A stretch of DNA of 63,750 nt, the filler included, from Aduncisulcus paluster (lineage: Eukaryota), in assembly GCA_024181965.1 (NCBI GenBank). It is 26 parts of 26 records of this genome, joined end to end, with 100 filler letters (N's around TTAATTAATTAA, not from the genome) between each part and the next. Parts side by side here need not be neighbours in the genome. Positions count along the whole stretch, not along the records: positions 42,653 to 44,280 come from BQXS01009796.1; positions 44,381 to 46,487 come from BQXS01009797.1; positions 46,588 to 48,690 come from BQXS01009798.1; positions 48,791 to 50,857 come from BQXS01009799.1; positions 50,958 to 52,447 come from BQXS01009800.1; positions 52,548 to 53,947 come from BQXS01009801.1; positions 54,048 to 55,253 come from BQXS01009804.1; positions 55,354 to 57,465 come from BQXS01009805.1; 18 more parts are not named here. One strand, written 5' to 3'. The position numbers were made by a program, and so were the translations under genes. Shown here piece after piece: positions 42,653 through 55,354 of the stretch; the first letter of the stretch is position 1; the number at the start of each line of letters is the position of its first letter. The notes under the pieces are model-generated. The model saw only the letters and a list, made by a program, of their open reading frames with translations, did no database searches and was not told where the DNA came from.

Positions 42653-44031
42653 GCACCAAATTTGAAAATTTCAAATTGTACATACCATACAGCTATTGAA
42701 ATAATGTATCCTAATAAAATAGTCCATGAATATTGCATATGGGCTCTAAAAGTATAAATACCTGGGAGTTTACCCATTACACCCACACCAGCAGCAGATC
42801 CAAATGCAATCATAGAACCACCAACACCAGCTGTTAAAGTTACTAACATCCACTGAGCATGCACCATATCTGGATTTGCTTTTAATACAGCAGACATAAC
42901 AGGAACATTATCAACAACAGCTGATAAGAAACCAACACCAATATTTGACCATGTTGGTCCTAAAACTGATGGATCATATACAACTGCAGCAACTGCTAAC
43001 CATCCAATAAAGTATAATGCACCAACAGCTGCTAATATACCAAAGAAAAATAGTAATGTATTGTTTTCAATTTTTGCCATAGCACCAAATACATCAAACT
43101 CTGTATTATGTACTTTTTTTAGTCTATATGCATAAAGTTTTAAAAGTGATAATCCAAACATCATCCCCCACATAGCAGGAAGATGTAAAATTTGGTGAGA
43201 CATTACAGCACAAAAAATTGTAAATACACCTAGTCCTATTACTACATTAGCACCTTTCATCATTACAGGTTTAGTCTCTTTTGCTACATCAAAATCAGGT
43301 ACTTCATTTGGAACAAATTTTGACAATAGATAAGCTGTTGCTAAATAACCGAGTATCGAAGCTGGAAATAAGTATAAAAAGTCTGCAAAGTGACCTTTTC
43401 CAGCTGTCCATGCCATAAGAGTTGTAATATCTCCAAATGGCGACCATGCACCACCTGCATTTGCAGCAACAACAATATTAATAGCACCTGGTACTAAAAA
43501 ATCTTTTCTTGTTTTTTCAATTGTTATTAAAACTGTAGAAAGAATTAATGCTGTAGTTAAATTGTCTGCAATTGGTGAGATAAAAAATGCTAATATCCCT
43601 GTTACCCAAAATAACTTTTTGTATGTATATCCTTTAGATACAAGATTGTATTTTAACTTATCAAATACTCCCATATGTATCATAGATTCAATATATGTCA
43701 TTGCAACAAATAAGAAAAAGAAAATTTCTGCAATCTCTAAAATAAGATGTTGTGCTTGTGTATGAACTAAATCCATATCCATACCATTTATTGCATAATA
43801 AGCTGCAATAAGCATAAACAAAAATGTTCCTGTCAAAAGAGCAGGTTTTGCTTTATCAATATGATATTTATCTTCCATTGCAATGAAATAGTATCCAATC
43901 ACAAATATAATTACAGATAAGATACCAACCCAAGTCATTGTAATATCTGGATTAACCACAGGAGTACTCTCTCCTCCTCCACTTGCAAAAGCAAATATAC
44001 TTAATAAACTAACTATTAGTAGTTTAAACAT
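42653..44031 (-). CDS. nhaD: NhaD-family Na+/H+ antiporter (3' end at contig edge)
   Basis: SPIADNLTTAL, ANAGGAWSPFGDITT, SAVVDNVP, GSAAGV. Confidence 0.92.
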
Positions 44032-44280
44032 TATTTCTCCTTAATATAGTGTGCTCCAATAGAATGTTTTCTATCAATAGCACTTTTAATAATGGATTTT
44101 GCCGTAAGTAACCTTAAAAAAAGAAGTCTTCCTATATCTTCACAAAGGTATGATTCTACTTCATCATAAGCATCAATTAACTCTTGGCGTTCTCTTACAA
44201 TTCCAACATTTGTCCACATTAAATTTCTCAAACCATTTTTTATTGCTTTATCTGTGTCTTTTAATAAGATATAATGAGGT
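44031..44280 (-). CDS. nadB: L-aspartate oxidase, C-terminal fragment
   Basis: LRNLMWTNVGIVR...SAIDRKHSIGAHY. Confidence 0.8.
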
Positions 44281-44380
44281 NNNNNNNNNNNNNNNNNNNN
44301 NNNNNNNNNNNNNNNNNNNNNNNNTTAATTAATTAANNNNNNNNNNNNNNNNNNNNNNNNNNNNNNNNNNNNNNNNNNNN

Positions 44381-46487
44381 CTGCTCAAATGGAATTACTT
44401 TATGCTGATATTCCAGAAGCAATAGAAGCTACACAGGAAATTGCAAACAAATGTAATTTGGAGATAAAACTAGGTGATCCTACTCCTCCTAATTTTAAAT
44501 TTACTAGAGAAAAAGCAGCACTTTTTAATTTAGATTTACCAGAACCTGACTTGGAGTATAGTTTAGAGAATGATAAAGTACTTTTTATTGATGAGTGTAG
44601 AAGAGGACTTGAGGAACGACTCAAAATTGTAGATGCTTCAAGGCATCAAGAATACAAAGATAGACTACAAGTAGAAATTGATATCATTAATAATATGAAA
44701 TTTCCAGGTTATATGCTTATTGTTTGGGATTTTGTTGAGTATGGAAAGTCTATAGGTGTACCTGTAGGTCCTGGTCGTGGTTCAGCTGCTGGAAGTTTAG
44801 TTGCTTTTGCTTTAAAAATTACAGATATTGACCCAATCCCTTATGGACTTCTTTTTGAGAGATTTCTAAATCCAGAAAGAGTATCTATGCCAGATATTGA
44901 TATGGATTTTTGCCAAGGAAGAAGACAAGAGGTTATTGACTATGTTGTTGAAAAATATGGTCGAGCCAATGTTGCACAAATTATTACTTTTGGTAAGTTG
45001 CTAGCAAAAGGGGTTATACGAGATGTTGCTCGAGTTCTTGATATGCCATATTCTCAAGCAGATGCAATGGCAAAACTTATTCCTGATGAACTAGGAATTA
45101 ATCTTGCAGATTCATGGGAGAAAGAACCAAAAATTAAAGAGCTGTGTGATATGGATCCAAAAGCTGCTAGAGTATGGGAATATGCTGTAGCTCTTGAAGG
45201 TTTAAATAGAAATGCAGGGACACATGCAGCTGGTGTTGTTATATCAAACGAAGCTTTATGGAAAAAAACTCCACTTTTTAAACCCTCAGGACTTGATACT
45301 TTAGCGACACAATACAACGGTAAATATGTTGAAGATGTTGATCTAATTAAGTTTGACTTCTTGGGCTTAAAAACTTTAACAGTAATTGAAGGTGCTTTAC
45401 AACTTATAGAACATCGACATAATAAACGGATAGACTTTACCCTAGAAGATGTAAATAATAAAGATGTATACGATCTTATTTGTACAGGAAATACAATAGG
45501 TTTATTTCAAATAGAATCATCTGGTATGCAAGATTTATGTAAGCGTTTAAAACCATCGAACTTTGAGGATATTATTGCGGTTTTAGCCTTGTATCGTCCA
45601 GGTCCAATGGAGTCAGGTATGCTTGATGATTTTATTGATAGAAAACATGGTCGAGCTGAGATTAACTATTTTTATGATGAGTTTGATGAACCTTTACGAC
45701 CAATATTAGAACCAACTTATGGGGTAATTGTATATCAAGAGCAGGTTATGCAGATTGTTCAAGTTATTGGTGGATTTTCACTTGGTGGCGCTGACTTAGT
45801 ACGGCGTGCTATGGGTAAAAAAATTAAAGAAGAGATGGATAGACTTAAAGAAGAGTTTGCAGATGGTGGAGTAAAAAAAGGGTATGTAAGAACACACTGT
45901 GAAGAGCTTTTTGATTTGATTGTTAAGTTTGCTGGATATGGTTTCAATAAATCACATAGTGCTGCTTATGCAATGGTAACTTTTTATACGAGTTATTTAA
46001 AATGTTACTATCCTACAGAGTTTATGGCTTCATTACTTACTCTTGAAAAAGACAATACCGATAAAGTTGTTAAATATGTTGATGAAGTTAAAAGAATGGG
46101 ATATGACCTAGTTCCTCCAGATATTAATAAATCTTTTTTAGTATTTAGTGCAGATACTATTGATGATAAAGAGGTTGTATTGTTTGGTATGGGTGCTTTA
46201 AAAGGTGCAGGGGATGTTGCTATTAACTCTATTATAAAGTCAAGGCAAGAGGGTGAGTTTGAAAACTTAAGCGATTTTGTAAGTAGAATTGATAGTAGTA
46301 AAGTAAATAAACGAGTTATTGAAACTTTAATCCGTTCTGGGGCTTTTGACAATTTTGGATACACAAGAAAAGCACTTCTCATGCAAGTTGAAGATATAGT
46401 TGAAGCAGCAGGAAAAGCTGCACAAGCCAAAAAACAAGCAGTTGGTTCACTCTTTGGTGATGATGAAGATATGACAAAAGTTGAAGT
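44381..46487 (+). CDS. dnaE: DNA polymerase III alpha subunit, internal fragment
   Basis: GPGRGSAAGS, FERFLNPERVSMPDIDMDF, KFDFLGL, FAGYGFNKSH. Confidence 0.99.
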
Positions 46488-46589
46488 NNNNNNNNNNNNN
46501 NNNNNNNNNNNNNNNNNNNNNNNNNNNNNNNTTAATTAATTAANNNNNNNNNNNNNNNNNNNNNNNNNNNNNNNNNNNNNNNNNNNNAG

Positions 46590-47090
46590 CATAAAGTAAA
46601 TTATTTTGCGGATGGTGGAACACCTATAAAACTAACAGCAGTAGATAAAATAGTGAATTTTGGACGGAGTAATTCACTTTGGCCTATGACTTATGGACTT
46701 GCTTGTTGTGCTATAGAGATGATGGCAACAGGTGGTTCACGATTTGATTTTGATAGATTTGGTACGATTTTTCGAGCGAGTCCTAGACAGTCAGATGTAA
46801 TAGTTGTAGCTGGAACTTTGACAAAAAAACATGCTGAGTTTATGCGAAGATTATATGACCAAATGCCAGATCCTAAATGGGTTATTTCGATGGGATCATG
46901 TGCAAATACAGGTGGTATGTTTAATACTTATGCAACAGTTCAAGGTGTTGATAGAGTTATTCCGGTTGATATTTATTTACCTGGTTGTGCTCCCCGACCT
47001 GAAACACTTCAATATGCTCTGATGATGTTACAACGAAAAATAAGAAGAGAACCTGCAAAAATGGCTCAAAAAGCAAAAAGGTTGATATAG
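46590..47090 (+). CDS. nuoB: NADH-quinone oxidoreductase subunit B, 5' partial
   Basis: [28 protein letters not shown]. Confidence 0.98.
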   Translation, partial: HKVNYFADGGTPIKLTAVDKIVNFGRSNSLWPMTYGLACCAIEMMATGGSRFDFDRFGTIFRASPRQSDVIVVAGTLTKKHAEFMRRLYDQMPDPKWVISMGSCANTGGMFNTYATVQGVDRVIPVDIYLPGCAPRPETLQYALMMLQRKIRREPAKMAQKAKRLI

Positions 47091-47909
47091 ATGAGAAAAT
47101 ATACTCCTAAAAACGATGTACAAAAAAAGTCTTTTCATAGTGATAGATTTTTTGTAAAACCATCTGTTCCTAGAAAAGAAGTTCAACAAAGTGTTTTTAC
47201 TGAAGAGTTATCGAGTGTTCAAAATATCACAGAGGTTTTAGATTCTTATATTGAGCTAGACCATTTAATTTTGATCATCAATCCAAATGAAAATGTAAAA
47301 GTTATACAACATTTAAAAGATATTTGTTTCTATGATTTTATGATTGAGTTAACAGCCGTAGATTATATAGCTAAACGAGGTGGTTTTGAAATTGTTTATG
47401 AGATGTTATCAACTTCTAAAAAAAGAAGAGTTCGTGTAAAAACTTTTATCAAAAAAGATGAATCTATTCAATCAATAGAATCATTATTTAGAATGGCTGA
47501 TTGGGGTGAGCGAGAGATGTATGATATGTATGGTGTAAAGGTTATCAACCATCCAAATCTTAAAAGAATTCTTCTTCCAGATGACTGGCAAGGACATCCT
47601 TTACTAAAAACATATCCATTGCATGGAGATGAGGCTGCTTCTTGGTATGAAGTAGATAAAATTTTTGGAAAAAATGCAAGGGATACTATAGGACCTGAGT
47701 TAAGAGACTCAGCTTGTGTTGATAGATACGACACTACGAGGTTTGCACGCCTTGGGCATGAAGTAGATAAAGGTGTGCCTGTTAGTGAGGGGAATGAACC
47801 TGATACTCCTATCCGATATCAAGAAGAGGGTGGAGTGAAACTTTTTGGAGTACGACTGGTTACTCCCTTTGATGAGATAAAAAAAGTAGATTTAAAAAAG
47901 AGGAAATAA
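47091..47909 (+). CDS. nuoC: NADH-quinone oxidoreductase subunit C
   Basis: [27 protein letters not shown]. Confidence 0.97.
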   Translation: MRKYTPKNDVQKKSFHSDRFFVKPSVPRKEVQQSVFTEELSSVQNITEVLDSYIELDHLILIINPNENVKVIQHLKDICFYDFMIELTAVDYIAKRGGFEIVYEMLSTSKKRRVRVKTFIKKDESIQSIESLFRMADWGEREMYDMYGVKVINHPNLKRILLPDDWQGHPLLKTYPLHGDEAASWYEVDKIFGKNARDTIGPELRDSACVDRYDTTRFARLGHEVDKGVPVSEGNEPDTPIRYQEEGGVKLFGVRLVTPFDEIKKVDLKKRK

Positions 47910-47910
47910 T

Positions 47911-48690
47911 ATGCAACAAACAAATAGGTTACGACCTTTTTTTGAGAATATAAATTTCGAGAGAGAAGACAACACAATGGTTGTAAACTTTGGACCGCAA
48001 CACCCTTCAGCTCATGGGCAATTAAGACTAATACTGGAGCTTCAAGGTGAAGAGGTTACTAAAGCTTCTCCTGATGTAGGCTACTTACATAGAGGTGTTG
48101 AAAAAATGGGTGAAAATATGATCTATAATGAATTTTTACCTACTACTGATCGAATGGATTATATTGCATCTACTTCAAATAACTATGGTTATGCACTTGC
48201 AGTTGAAAAACTCTTGGGAATAGAAGCACCTAGACGAGCAGAAGTTATAAGAACAATGCTTTTAGAACTCAATAGAATCATCTCTCATCTTTTTTGGTTA
48301 GCAACACATGCTTTAGATGTAGGTGCTATGTCTATTTTTCTCTATGCTTTTAGGGAAAGAGAATATGCACTTGACCTAATGGAAGATTATTGTGGAGCAA
48401 GACTTACTCATAGTGCTGTACGAATTGGTGGAGTACCTTTAGATTTACCAAACACTTGGATAAAAGACTTAGAAAAGTTCATAACAACTTTAGAATCACA
48501 AATTCCTATTTATGAAGGGCTATTAACCAAAAATAGAATCTGGAGAATGCGTCTTGAAAATGTAGGACTTATCCCTGTAGAAATGGCTAAGTCTTGGGGT
48601 GTAACAGGTGTCGCTTTACGAGGAAGTGGAGTAAAGTGGGACTTAAGAAAAGAGATCCCTTATGGACTTTATAGTGAACTTGATTTCGAT
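47911..48690 (+). CDS. nuoD: NADH-quinone oxidoreductase subunit D, 3' partial
   Basis: [23 protein letters not shown]. Confidence 0.98.
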
Positions 48691-48790
48691 NNNNNNNNNN
48701 NNNNNNNNNNNNNNNNNNNNNNNNNNNNNNNNNNTTAATTAATTAANNNNNNNNNNNNNNNNNNNNNNNNNNNNNNNNNNNNNNNNNNNN

Positions 48791-48861
48791 AGGAGTGATT
48801 TATCTTCACCCATCCTTTTACTTGCACCACCACTTAGGATGATACAAGGGATATTTATCAT
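48791..48861 (-). CDS. mobA: Molybdenum cofactor guanylyltransferase, N-terminus
   Basis: IILSGGASKRMGEDKSL. Confidence 0.85.
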
Positions 48862-48862
48862 T

Positions 48863-50143
48863 TTATAATGATGATGGATCTGTGATATATCCACTAATAG
48901 CTGAAGCTGCTGCAACAGCACTATTTGAAAGGTATACTTTAGAAGTTCTACTTCCCATTCTTCCTACAAAGTTTCTATTTGTTGTAGAGATACAAACTTC
49001 ATCGTCACCTAAAATACCCATATAACCACCTAAACATGCTCCACAAGTAGGATTAGATACAACAGCACCTGCGTCAATTAAGATATCAATGTATCCAAGT
49101 TTTGTAGCTTCTCTTAAAATCATTTGAGTACCTGGAGTTACAATCATTCTTGTATGTTGCGCTATTCTTTTACCATTTAAAATTTCTGAAGCGATTTTTA
49201 AGTCACTTAATCTACCATTTGTACAAGATCCTACAAAGACTTGATCTACTTTGATATTATCTTCAACTGCTTGAGTAATTGAGTGACCATTTTCTGGTAA
49301 AAAAGGATAAGCAATAACTGGTTCTAAAGCAGCAACATCGATTTCAACAACTTGAGAATAAACAGCATCTTCATCACTATAAAACTCTTTTGGAGTATCT
49401 CTTAACCCACCATTAACTTTAGCTCTATCGTCTAAAAATTCTCTTGTGATATCATCAACTGCAACTATACCATTTTTAGCTCCAGCTTCAATTGCCATAT
49501 TACATAATGAAAATCTATCATCCATACTTAAGTACTGAATCGTATCACCAGTGAACTCTAAAGTTTTATATAAAGCTCCATCAACACCTAAAATTCTAAT
49601 AATCTCTAATATTAAATCTTTCCCAGTAACAAATTGGCTAGGTTTCCCTTTGAAAACTACTTTGATAGCTTCTGGTACTTTAAACCAGTTTCCTCCAGTA
49701 ACCATTGCAAATGCTAAATCTGTACTTCCCATTCCTGTTGAAAATGCCCCAAGTGCACCATGTGTACAGGTATGTGAATCTGCTCCAATGATTACATCTC
49801 CAGGAATTACTAAACCTTTTTCAGGTAAAAGAGCATGTTCAATCCCCATATCTTTTTCATCAAAAAAGTTTTTCAAATTGTGTTTAGCTGCAAAGTCTCT
49901 ACTTACTTTAGCTTGGTTTGCTGATGCTATATCTTTTGCTGGAATAAAGTGATCAAGTACAATACTAAAGCCATCAGGATTGGCTAGTTTTGTAGCACCA
50001 CTTTCTTCAAATGCTTTGATTGAAATAGGAGTTGTGATGTCATTTCCGATAACCATATCTATAGGACTTCGTACAATCTCACCCGCAAATACATCATGTC
50101 CAACATGATTACTAAATATTTTTTCTGTTATTGTTTGTGCCAT
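48863..50143 (-). CDS. leuC: 3-isopropylmalate dehydratase large subunit (short, homoaconitase-like type)
   Basis: GADSHTCT.GA, GSCTNGR, CGACLG, STTNRNFVGRMG. Confidence 0.95.
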   Translation of the reverse strand: MAQTITEKIFSNHVGHDVFAGEIVRSPIDMVIGNDITTPISIKAFEESGATKLANPDGFSIVLDHFIPAKDIASANQAKVSRDFAAKHNLKNFFDEKDMGIEHALLPEKGLVIPGDVIIGADSHTCTHGALGAFSTGMGSTDLAFAMVTGGNWFKVPEAIKVVFKGKPSQFVTGKDLILEIIRILGVDGALYKTLEFTGDTIQYLSMDDRFSLCNMAIEAGAKNGIVAVDDITREFLDDRAKVNGGLRDTPKEFYSDEDAVYSQVVEIDVAALEPVIAYPFLPENGHSITQAVEDNIKVDQVFVGSCTNGRLSDLKIASEILNGKRIAQHTRMIVTPGTQMILREATKLGYIDILIDAGAVVSNPTCGACLGGYMGILGDDEVCISTTNRNFVGRMGSRTSKVYLSNSAVAAASAISGYITDPSSL

Positions 50144-50258
50144 TTATATATCTCTTTTTATTATATTTTTATTATCATATCAAAAAAATCATTTTATACC
50201 ACTTATAAGCCATTTAAGGTTAAAATAAAATATATATTATGTGAAATAAGGAATAACT

Positions 50259-50774
50259 TTGAATAATAAAAATATTATATTGATTGGTTTTATGGGAGTA
50301 GGAAAAGGTACTATTGCTAGAGCTTTAGTAAAACAAAGCGACTACTTTGCAGTTGATACAGATGATTTAATCGAGAGTTTAGAAAATAAAAAAATAAAAA
50401 AAATTTTTGAAGAAAACGGCGAGCCATATTTTAGAAATTTAGAAAAGAAATGTGCATTATGGTGTGAAAAAAATGTCAAAAATTCTATCATTTCAACGGG
50501 TGGTGGATTTTATAAACAAGCAAATATTAAAAATATAGGAACAGTGATATATCTTGAATCTACATTTGATAAAATTATAGAAGGTCTACACAATGCTCCA
50601 AATTCGAAAAAGAAGTTTAAAAAAAGACCACTTTTAAACAACTTGGAAGAAGCAAGAAAAATTTTTAACCAAAGAATACTCGAGTATAAAAATGTAGCCG
50701 ACATTATTATCAATGTAGAAGATTGGGATGCAAATATCGCTGCAGGAAAAATTTTGAAAGAGATTTCTAAGTAA
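50259..50774 (+). CDS. aroK: Shikimate kinase
   Basis: LIGFMGVGKGT, GEPYFR..E, STGGG, RPLL. Confidence 0.96.
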   Translation: MNNKNIILIGFMGVGKGTIARALVKQSDYFAVDTDDLIESLENKKIKKIFEENGEPYFRNLEKKCALWCEKNVKNSIISTGGGFYKQANIKNIGTVIYLESTFDKIIEGLHNAPNSKKKFKKRPLLNNLEEARKIFNQRILEYKNVADIIINVEDWDANIAAGKILKEISK

Positions 50775-50959
50775 TTGTTAAGAAGAAAAACATCTTTTAG
50801 AAATATTAAAGATAATTTCGATATAATCCACAACTTATTTTTGTTTGAGCGTTTAAANNNNNNNNNNNNNNNNNNNNNNNNNNNNNNNNNNNNNNNNNNN
50901 NTTAATTAATTAANNNNNNNNNNNNNNNNNNNNNNNNNNNNNNNNNNNNNNNNNNNNCA

Positions 50960-51031
50960 GCTGATATTGAACAATCTTTAGTTATAGGGGCTCATGGACC
51001 AAAATCAGGATATGTGATTTTTATAGACTAA
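50960..51031 (+). CDS. LUD-domain (LutC-like) protein, C-terminal end
   Basis: ADIEQSLVIGAHGP motif. Confidence 0.75.
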   Translation, partial: ADIEQSLVIGAHGPKSGYVIFID

Positions 51032-51082
51032 GGAAATAGTTAATCTTTGATATAATAAAATAAAGAATTTTAAAAGAGTATC

Positions 51083-52447
51083 ATGAAAGCATTTATTTTT
51101 ATTATATTTTTAACGATTACTTCAATCTATGCAAAAGAGGTTTTATTACTCCATTCATATCATAAAGGATATGCTTGGAGTGATGCTATTTCAGAAACTG
51201 TAGAAGCAGAACTCTTTCCATATCAAGATATAGAACTCTCTACTCTTTATATGAATTCAAAAAAAATAAATAGTAGTTCATATCTTAACAAACTTTCACG
51301 CTTATATAAAGAGCAATTTCATAAACGCCATTTTGATCTTATAATTGTATCAGACAATGATGCTTTTGATTTTGCAATAAAACACAAAAATACTCTTTTT
51401 AAAAATCTTCCTATTTTATTTTGTGGTATAAATAATTTTGACAAACAAAAGTTCTATACTAAACAACTCAACAACTCCATGACAGGTGTACTTGAAAATG
51501 TAAATATTGAAAAAAATTTTGAACTAATTAGCCATTTACAACCCCAAACAAAAAAAATTTTGATTTTAAACGATAAGTCAAAAACAGGACTTGCATTAAA
51601 AAAAGACCTTAATCCTATTATTGAGAAATATAAATCTATTATGGAGGTTGAATATATTGATAATATGAACATCGAGAATATTCAAAACAAAGTTTCTACT
51701 TTAGATAAAGATACTGTGATTTTATTTTTATTGTTTTCAAAAGATAAAAAAAATAGATATTTCACATATAAAAAAGGGTTCAAAAAAATAAAAGAGCATG
51801 CAAATGTTCCTATTTATGGAGTATGGGATTTTTATTTGGAGTCTGGTTTACTGGGAGGTTTACTCACAACAGGTAAAGAGCAAGGTAAAATTGTTTCCAA
51901 AATGGCTATAGATATTTTGGAAAATAATAAAACTATAAAAGATTTACCGCTTGTTGAAAAATCTCCAAACCATTATATGTTTAGTTATCAGGAGTTAAAA
52001 AAACACAATATAACACTCACAGATAAACTACTCAACTACACCATAATCAACAAGCCAAAAAGTATTTATGAAGAGTATACTGAGTTTGTACTGTTATCTA
52101 TTGTTTCAATTATTATTTTAACTGTATTAGTTATTTTAATGAGAATTAATATTCAAAAAAGAAAAAAAGTAGAAAAAGATTTACAAAATAGAATAAAGTT
52201 TGACAAAGTACTTCTAAATACTATACCTAGTGCTATTTATTATAAAAATAAAGATGGTAAGATACTTGGTTCAAATCAAGCCTTTGCAAATCTTTTTCAT
52301 CTTGATATTCAAGATATTATAGGAAAAACTGCACATGATTTATACCCTTATGAGATTGCTGTCAAAAATGAAAATGTAGATAAAAAACTACTCAAAAACT
52401 TAGGACAAGACAACTCAGAACTTACACTCCATTTTCCAAATTCAACA
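51083..52447 (+). CDS. Sensor protein: periplasmic ABC-substrate-binding-like domain + TM + PAS; 3' partial
   Basis: LLHSYHKGYAWS, PILFCGIN, TM, then NTIPSAIYYKNKDG PAS. Confidence 0.88.
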
Positions 52448-52547
52448 NNNNNNNNNNNNNNNNNNNNNNNNNNNNNNNNNNNNNNNNNNNNTTAATTAAT
52501 TAANNNNNNNNNNNNNNNNNNNNNNNNNNNNNNNNNNNNNNNNNNNN

Positions 52548-53105
52548 TTAAGTTTTTTTGATGTTGGTGGTGGTTTAGGTATTGTATATGATGATGAAAC
52601 ATTAATCGATACATACGAATATGCGCAAACTGTTTTAGATGCTTTATTTGGAATAGATATTACAATAGTATGTGAACCAGGTAGATTCATTGTAGGAAAC
52701 AGTGGAACATTTGTTACCAAAGTTTTATATGAAAAAATAAATGGTAGTAAAAGATTTGTCATTGTTGATGGTGCTATGAATGATCTTCTTCGACCAAGTT
52801 TATATGATGCTTATCATAAAGTTGAAGTATTAGAAAAAACTGAAGATATAAGTGACTGTAATGTTGTAGGTCCAGTTTGTGAAAGTGGAGATTTTTTTGC
52901 TAAGAATATCTCTTTACCAGCAACAAAACACAATGACTTAATTGCTATTTATAGTGCAGGTGCATACGGTTTCACAATGGCTAGTAACTATAATACAAGA
53001 GGTAGAGTTGCTGAGATTGCTTTAGAAAATGGTGAAGATAGACTTATTAGAAGAAGAGAAACTTTTGAAGACTTGATTGCTCATGAAGAGGAATATCTTA
53101 AATAG
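52548..53105 (+). CDS. lysA: Diaminopimelate decarboxylase, C-terminal part
   Basis: DVGGGLG, EPGR, RPSLY, GPVCESGD, AGAYG..MASNYN. Confidence 0.97.
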   Translation, partial: LSFFDVGGGLGIVYDDETLIDTYEYAQTVLDALFGIDITIVCEPGRFIVGNSGTFVTKVLYEKINGSKRFVIVDGAMNDLLRPSLYDAYHKVEVLEKTEDISDCNVVGPVCESGDFFAKNISLPATKHNDLIAIYSAGAYGFTMASNYNTRGRVAEIALENGEDRLIRRRETFEDLIAHEEEYLK

Positions 53106-53120
53106 ATATTTACAAAGGAA

Positions 53121-53947
53121 ATGGATATGAATGAAGAGGTTGAATTAAAAAAATTGCGAGACACTCTTGATGTTATTGATGATCAGTTATTGGTTCTTTT
53201 AAATAAAAGAATGGAAACTGTGCATAAAGTTGGAAGTGTAAAAGCTCAAAGTGGTGGAGCTATTTATAGACCTGAACGAGAAAAAGCTATTATTGAAAGA
53301 TTGTATAATCAGTCAGTTCAAGCAAAAGGAAACTTAAATAAAGCTGCTATAGAAGCGTTATTTTTGGAAGTATTTGCAATATCAAGAAATTTAGAATTAC
53401 CTGAAAATATAGCATATCTTGGACCAGAGGGGAGTTTTACTCATCAAGCAGCAGAGAGTAGATTTGGTGCCATGAGTGCTTATTTACCAATAGGTTCGAT
53501 AAAGGGCGTTTTTAGAGAAGTTGCTAATGGTAAAGCAAAGTTTGGTGTAGTACCGATTGAAAATAGTAGTAATGGTATTGTAAATGATACAGTATCTTGT
53601 TTCGCCGATACAAATTTAAGAATCATTGCAGAGGTTATGGTTGATATTCATCATACTTTAGCTTCACGAGCAGATCATATAAAAGATATTCGTAAGATAT
53701 ATTCAAAAGATATAGCATTTGATCAGTGTCATAAATTTTTGGAAGATTTAGGTTTAAATGAGTGTGAGCTTATTCCTGTAGATTCAACTGCAAAAGCTGC
53801 AAAACTAGCAATCGAAGATGAACATTCTGCTGCTATATGTTCACATGTGGGAGCTAAAATGTACAATCTTCCTATTTTATTTGAAAACATTGAAGATACA
53901 GGGGATAATAGAACACGATTTTTAATTATCTCAAATTTTGAAAATGG
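53121..53947 (+). CDS. pheA: Chorismate mutase/prephenate dehydratase, 3' partial
   Basis: YRPERE, YLGPEGSFT, VPIENS, NRTRF. Confidence 0.97.
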
Positions 53948-54047
53948 NNNNNNNNNNNNNNNNNNNNNNNNNNNNNNNNNNNNNNNNNNNNTTAATTAAT
54001 TAANNNNNNNNNNNNNNNNNNNNNNNNNNNNNNNNNNNNNNNNNNNN

Positions 54048-54202
54048 ATCTCAGGCATTTTTATTTGATCACCTTGTGCAATCAGTGTAAATGTAACCGT
54101 ATCATTTTCATAAAAAGTATCGGGTGATTGTAGAAGTACCTGCGCATTTAAAATATATGGGAAAAGAAAACAAAGAATTATTTTACCAAGGTTGTTTTTC
54201 AT
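54048..54202 (-). CDS. BatD-like protein, N-terminus
   Basis: Signal-peptide-like start overlapping the upstream TPR gene, in Bat-operon order. Confidence 0.55.
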
Positions 54203-55253
54203 TATATTTACTCTCCTTATTTGTATTTACTTTTTGTATGTAGATAGGTGTTTTTTGATTTTGCAACATTTTCATCCATTTTTTCTCTTCCATATCTGAT
54301 ATTTCATCTTTTTTAAGTTTAGCAGATTGTTGCTCTGATTGCTTCTGTTCGATTTTATTTTGCTCTTCTTGTTTCTTTTTATCTTGAGTTTGCTTATTCT
54401 CTTGTTCATTTTCTTCTTGAGATTGTTTTTGTTCGCTGTTCTGTTTTTTATTAGCTTTATCTTCTTGTTTTTGTTGTTGCTTATCTTGATTTTGATTTTC
54501 TTGATCTTTATTTTTTTGCTGATTGTTATCTTGCTGTTTGTTCTTATCTTCTTTATTTTTATTGTTTTGTTTTTCTTCTTGCTTTTTTTGTTTTTCAAGC
54601 TCTTTATTTACTAATTCAAGATTCTCTTTAGTATCTTTATCCTCTTTTATCTTTAAAGATTTTTCATAAAACTCTTTAGCTTTTTCTAGCTTATTTACTT
54701 GTACATAACTATTTCCTATGTTATATAGTTTTTGCGCTTCTAGACCTTTGTTGTCTGTCACTACTTTACTGTAAGCTTTTATTGCATCTTCGTATTTTTT
54801 CTCTTTATACAAAGAGTTTCCTAGATTATAAAACACTTCACTATTTGGATTTACTTCTCTATAATTTTGGCTTGCTTTACTGTACTCTTTATTTTTGTAT
54901 GCTTGTTCTGCTTTTTCAATATTCTCAAAATTAAAAGTAAATGCATAAGTTTGTATAGGGTTTGATACTTGGTATGCTATAAAAAATACAAATAAAACAC
55001 TTTGTAATCTGTTTTCTTTTTTTCTAATAAAAACTTTAGGAAAAGAACTTAAAGCTAATAAAAGTAAAAAAAGCGCAAGAGCTAAAGGATAATAAAAAAG
55101 TTCCGTGTATGTTTTGATTTTTTGAACATTTAGTTCCTCCTTTTTACTTTGCTGATTGATTCTATTTATAATTGATGTAACATCTGTATTATCTAAACTA
55201 AAATCTATATATCCACCACCACTTTTTAAACTCAACTTCTTGATCGACTCATT
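54183..55253 (-). CDS. BatB/BatC-like vWA-TPR protein, C-terminal part
   Basis: ELFYYPL TM, YNLGNSLY and YNIGNSY TPRs, K/Q/E/N-rich tail ending PW. Confidence 0.85.
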   Translation of the reverse strand, partial: NESIKKLSLKSGGGYIDFSLDNTDVTSIINRINQQSKKEELNVQKIKTYTELFYYPLALALFLLLLALSSFPKVFIRKKENRLQSVLFVFFIAYQVSNPIQTYAFTFNFENIEKAEQAYKNKEYSKASQNYREVNPNSEVFYNLGNSLYKEKKYEDAIKAYSKVVTDNKGLEAQKLYNIGNSYVQVNKLEKAKEFYEKSLKIKEDKDTKENLELVNKELEKQKKQEEKQNNKNKEDKNKQQDNNQQKNKDQENQNQDKQQQKQEDKANKKQNSEQKQSQEENEQENKQTQDKKKQEEQNKIEQKQSEQQSAKLKKDEISDMEEKKWMKMLQNQKTPIYIQKVNTNKESKYNEKQPW

Positions 55254-55354
55254 NNNNNNNNNNNNNNNNNNNNNNNNNNNNNNNNNNNNNNNNNNNNTTA
55301 ATTAATTAANNNNNNNNNNNNNNNNNNNNNNNNNNNNNNNNNNNNNNNNNNNNA

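Noticed and set aside
48863-50143. Short archaeal-like leuC as a horizontal-transfer novelty
   Set aside because: This LeuC/homoaconitase type is common in many bacteria, including free-living Campylobacterota.
54272-54614. K/I-rich and F/L-rich ORFs
   Set aside because: They are alternative frames of the low-complexity K/Q/E/N tail of the TPR protein.
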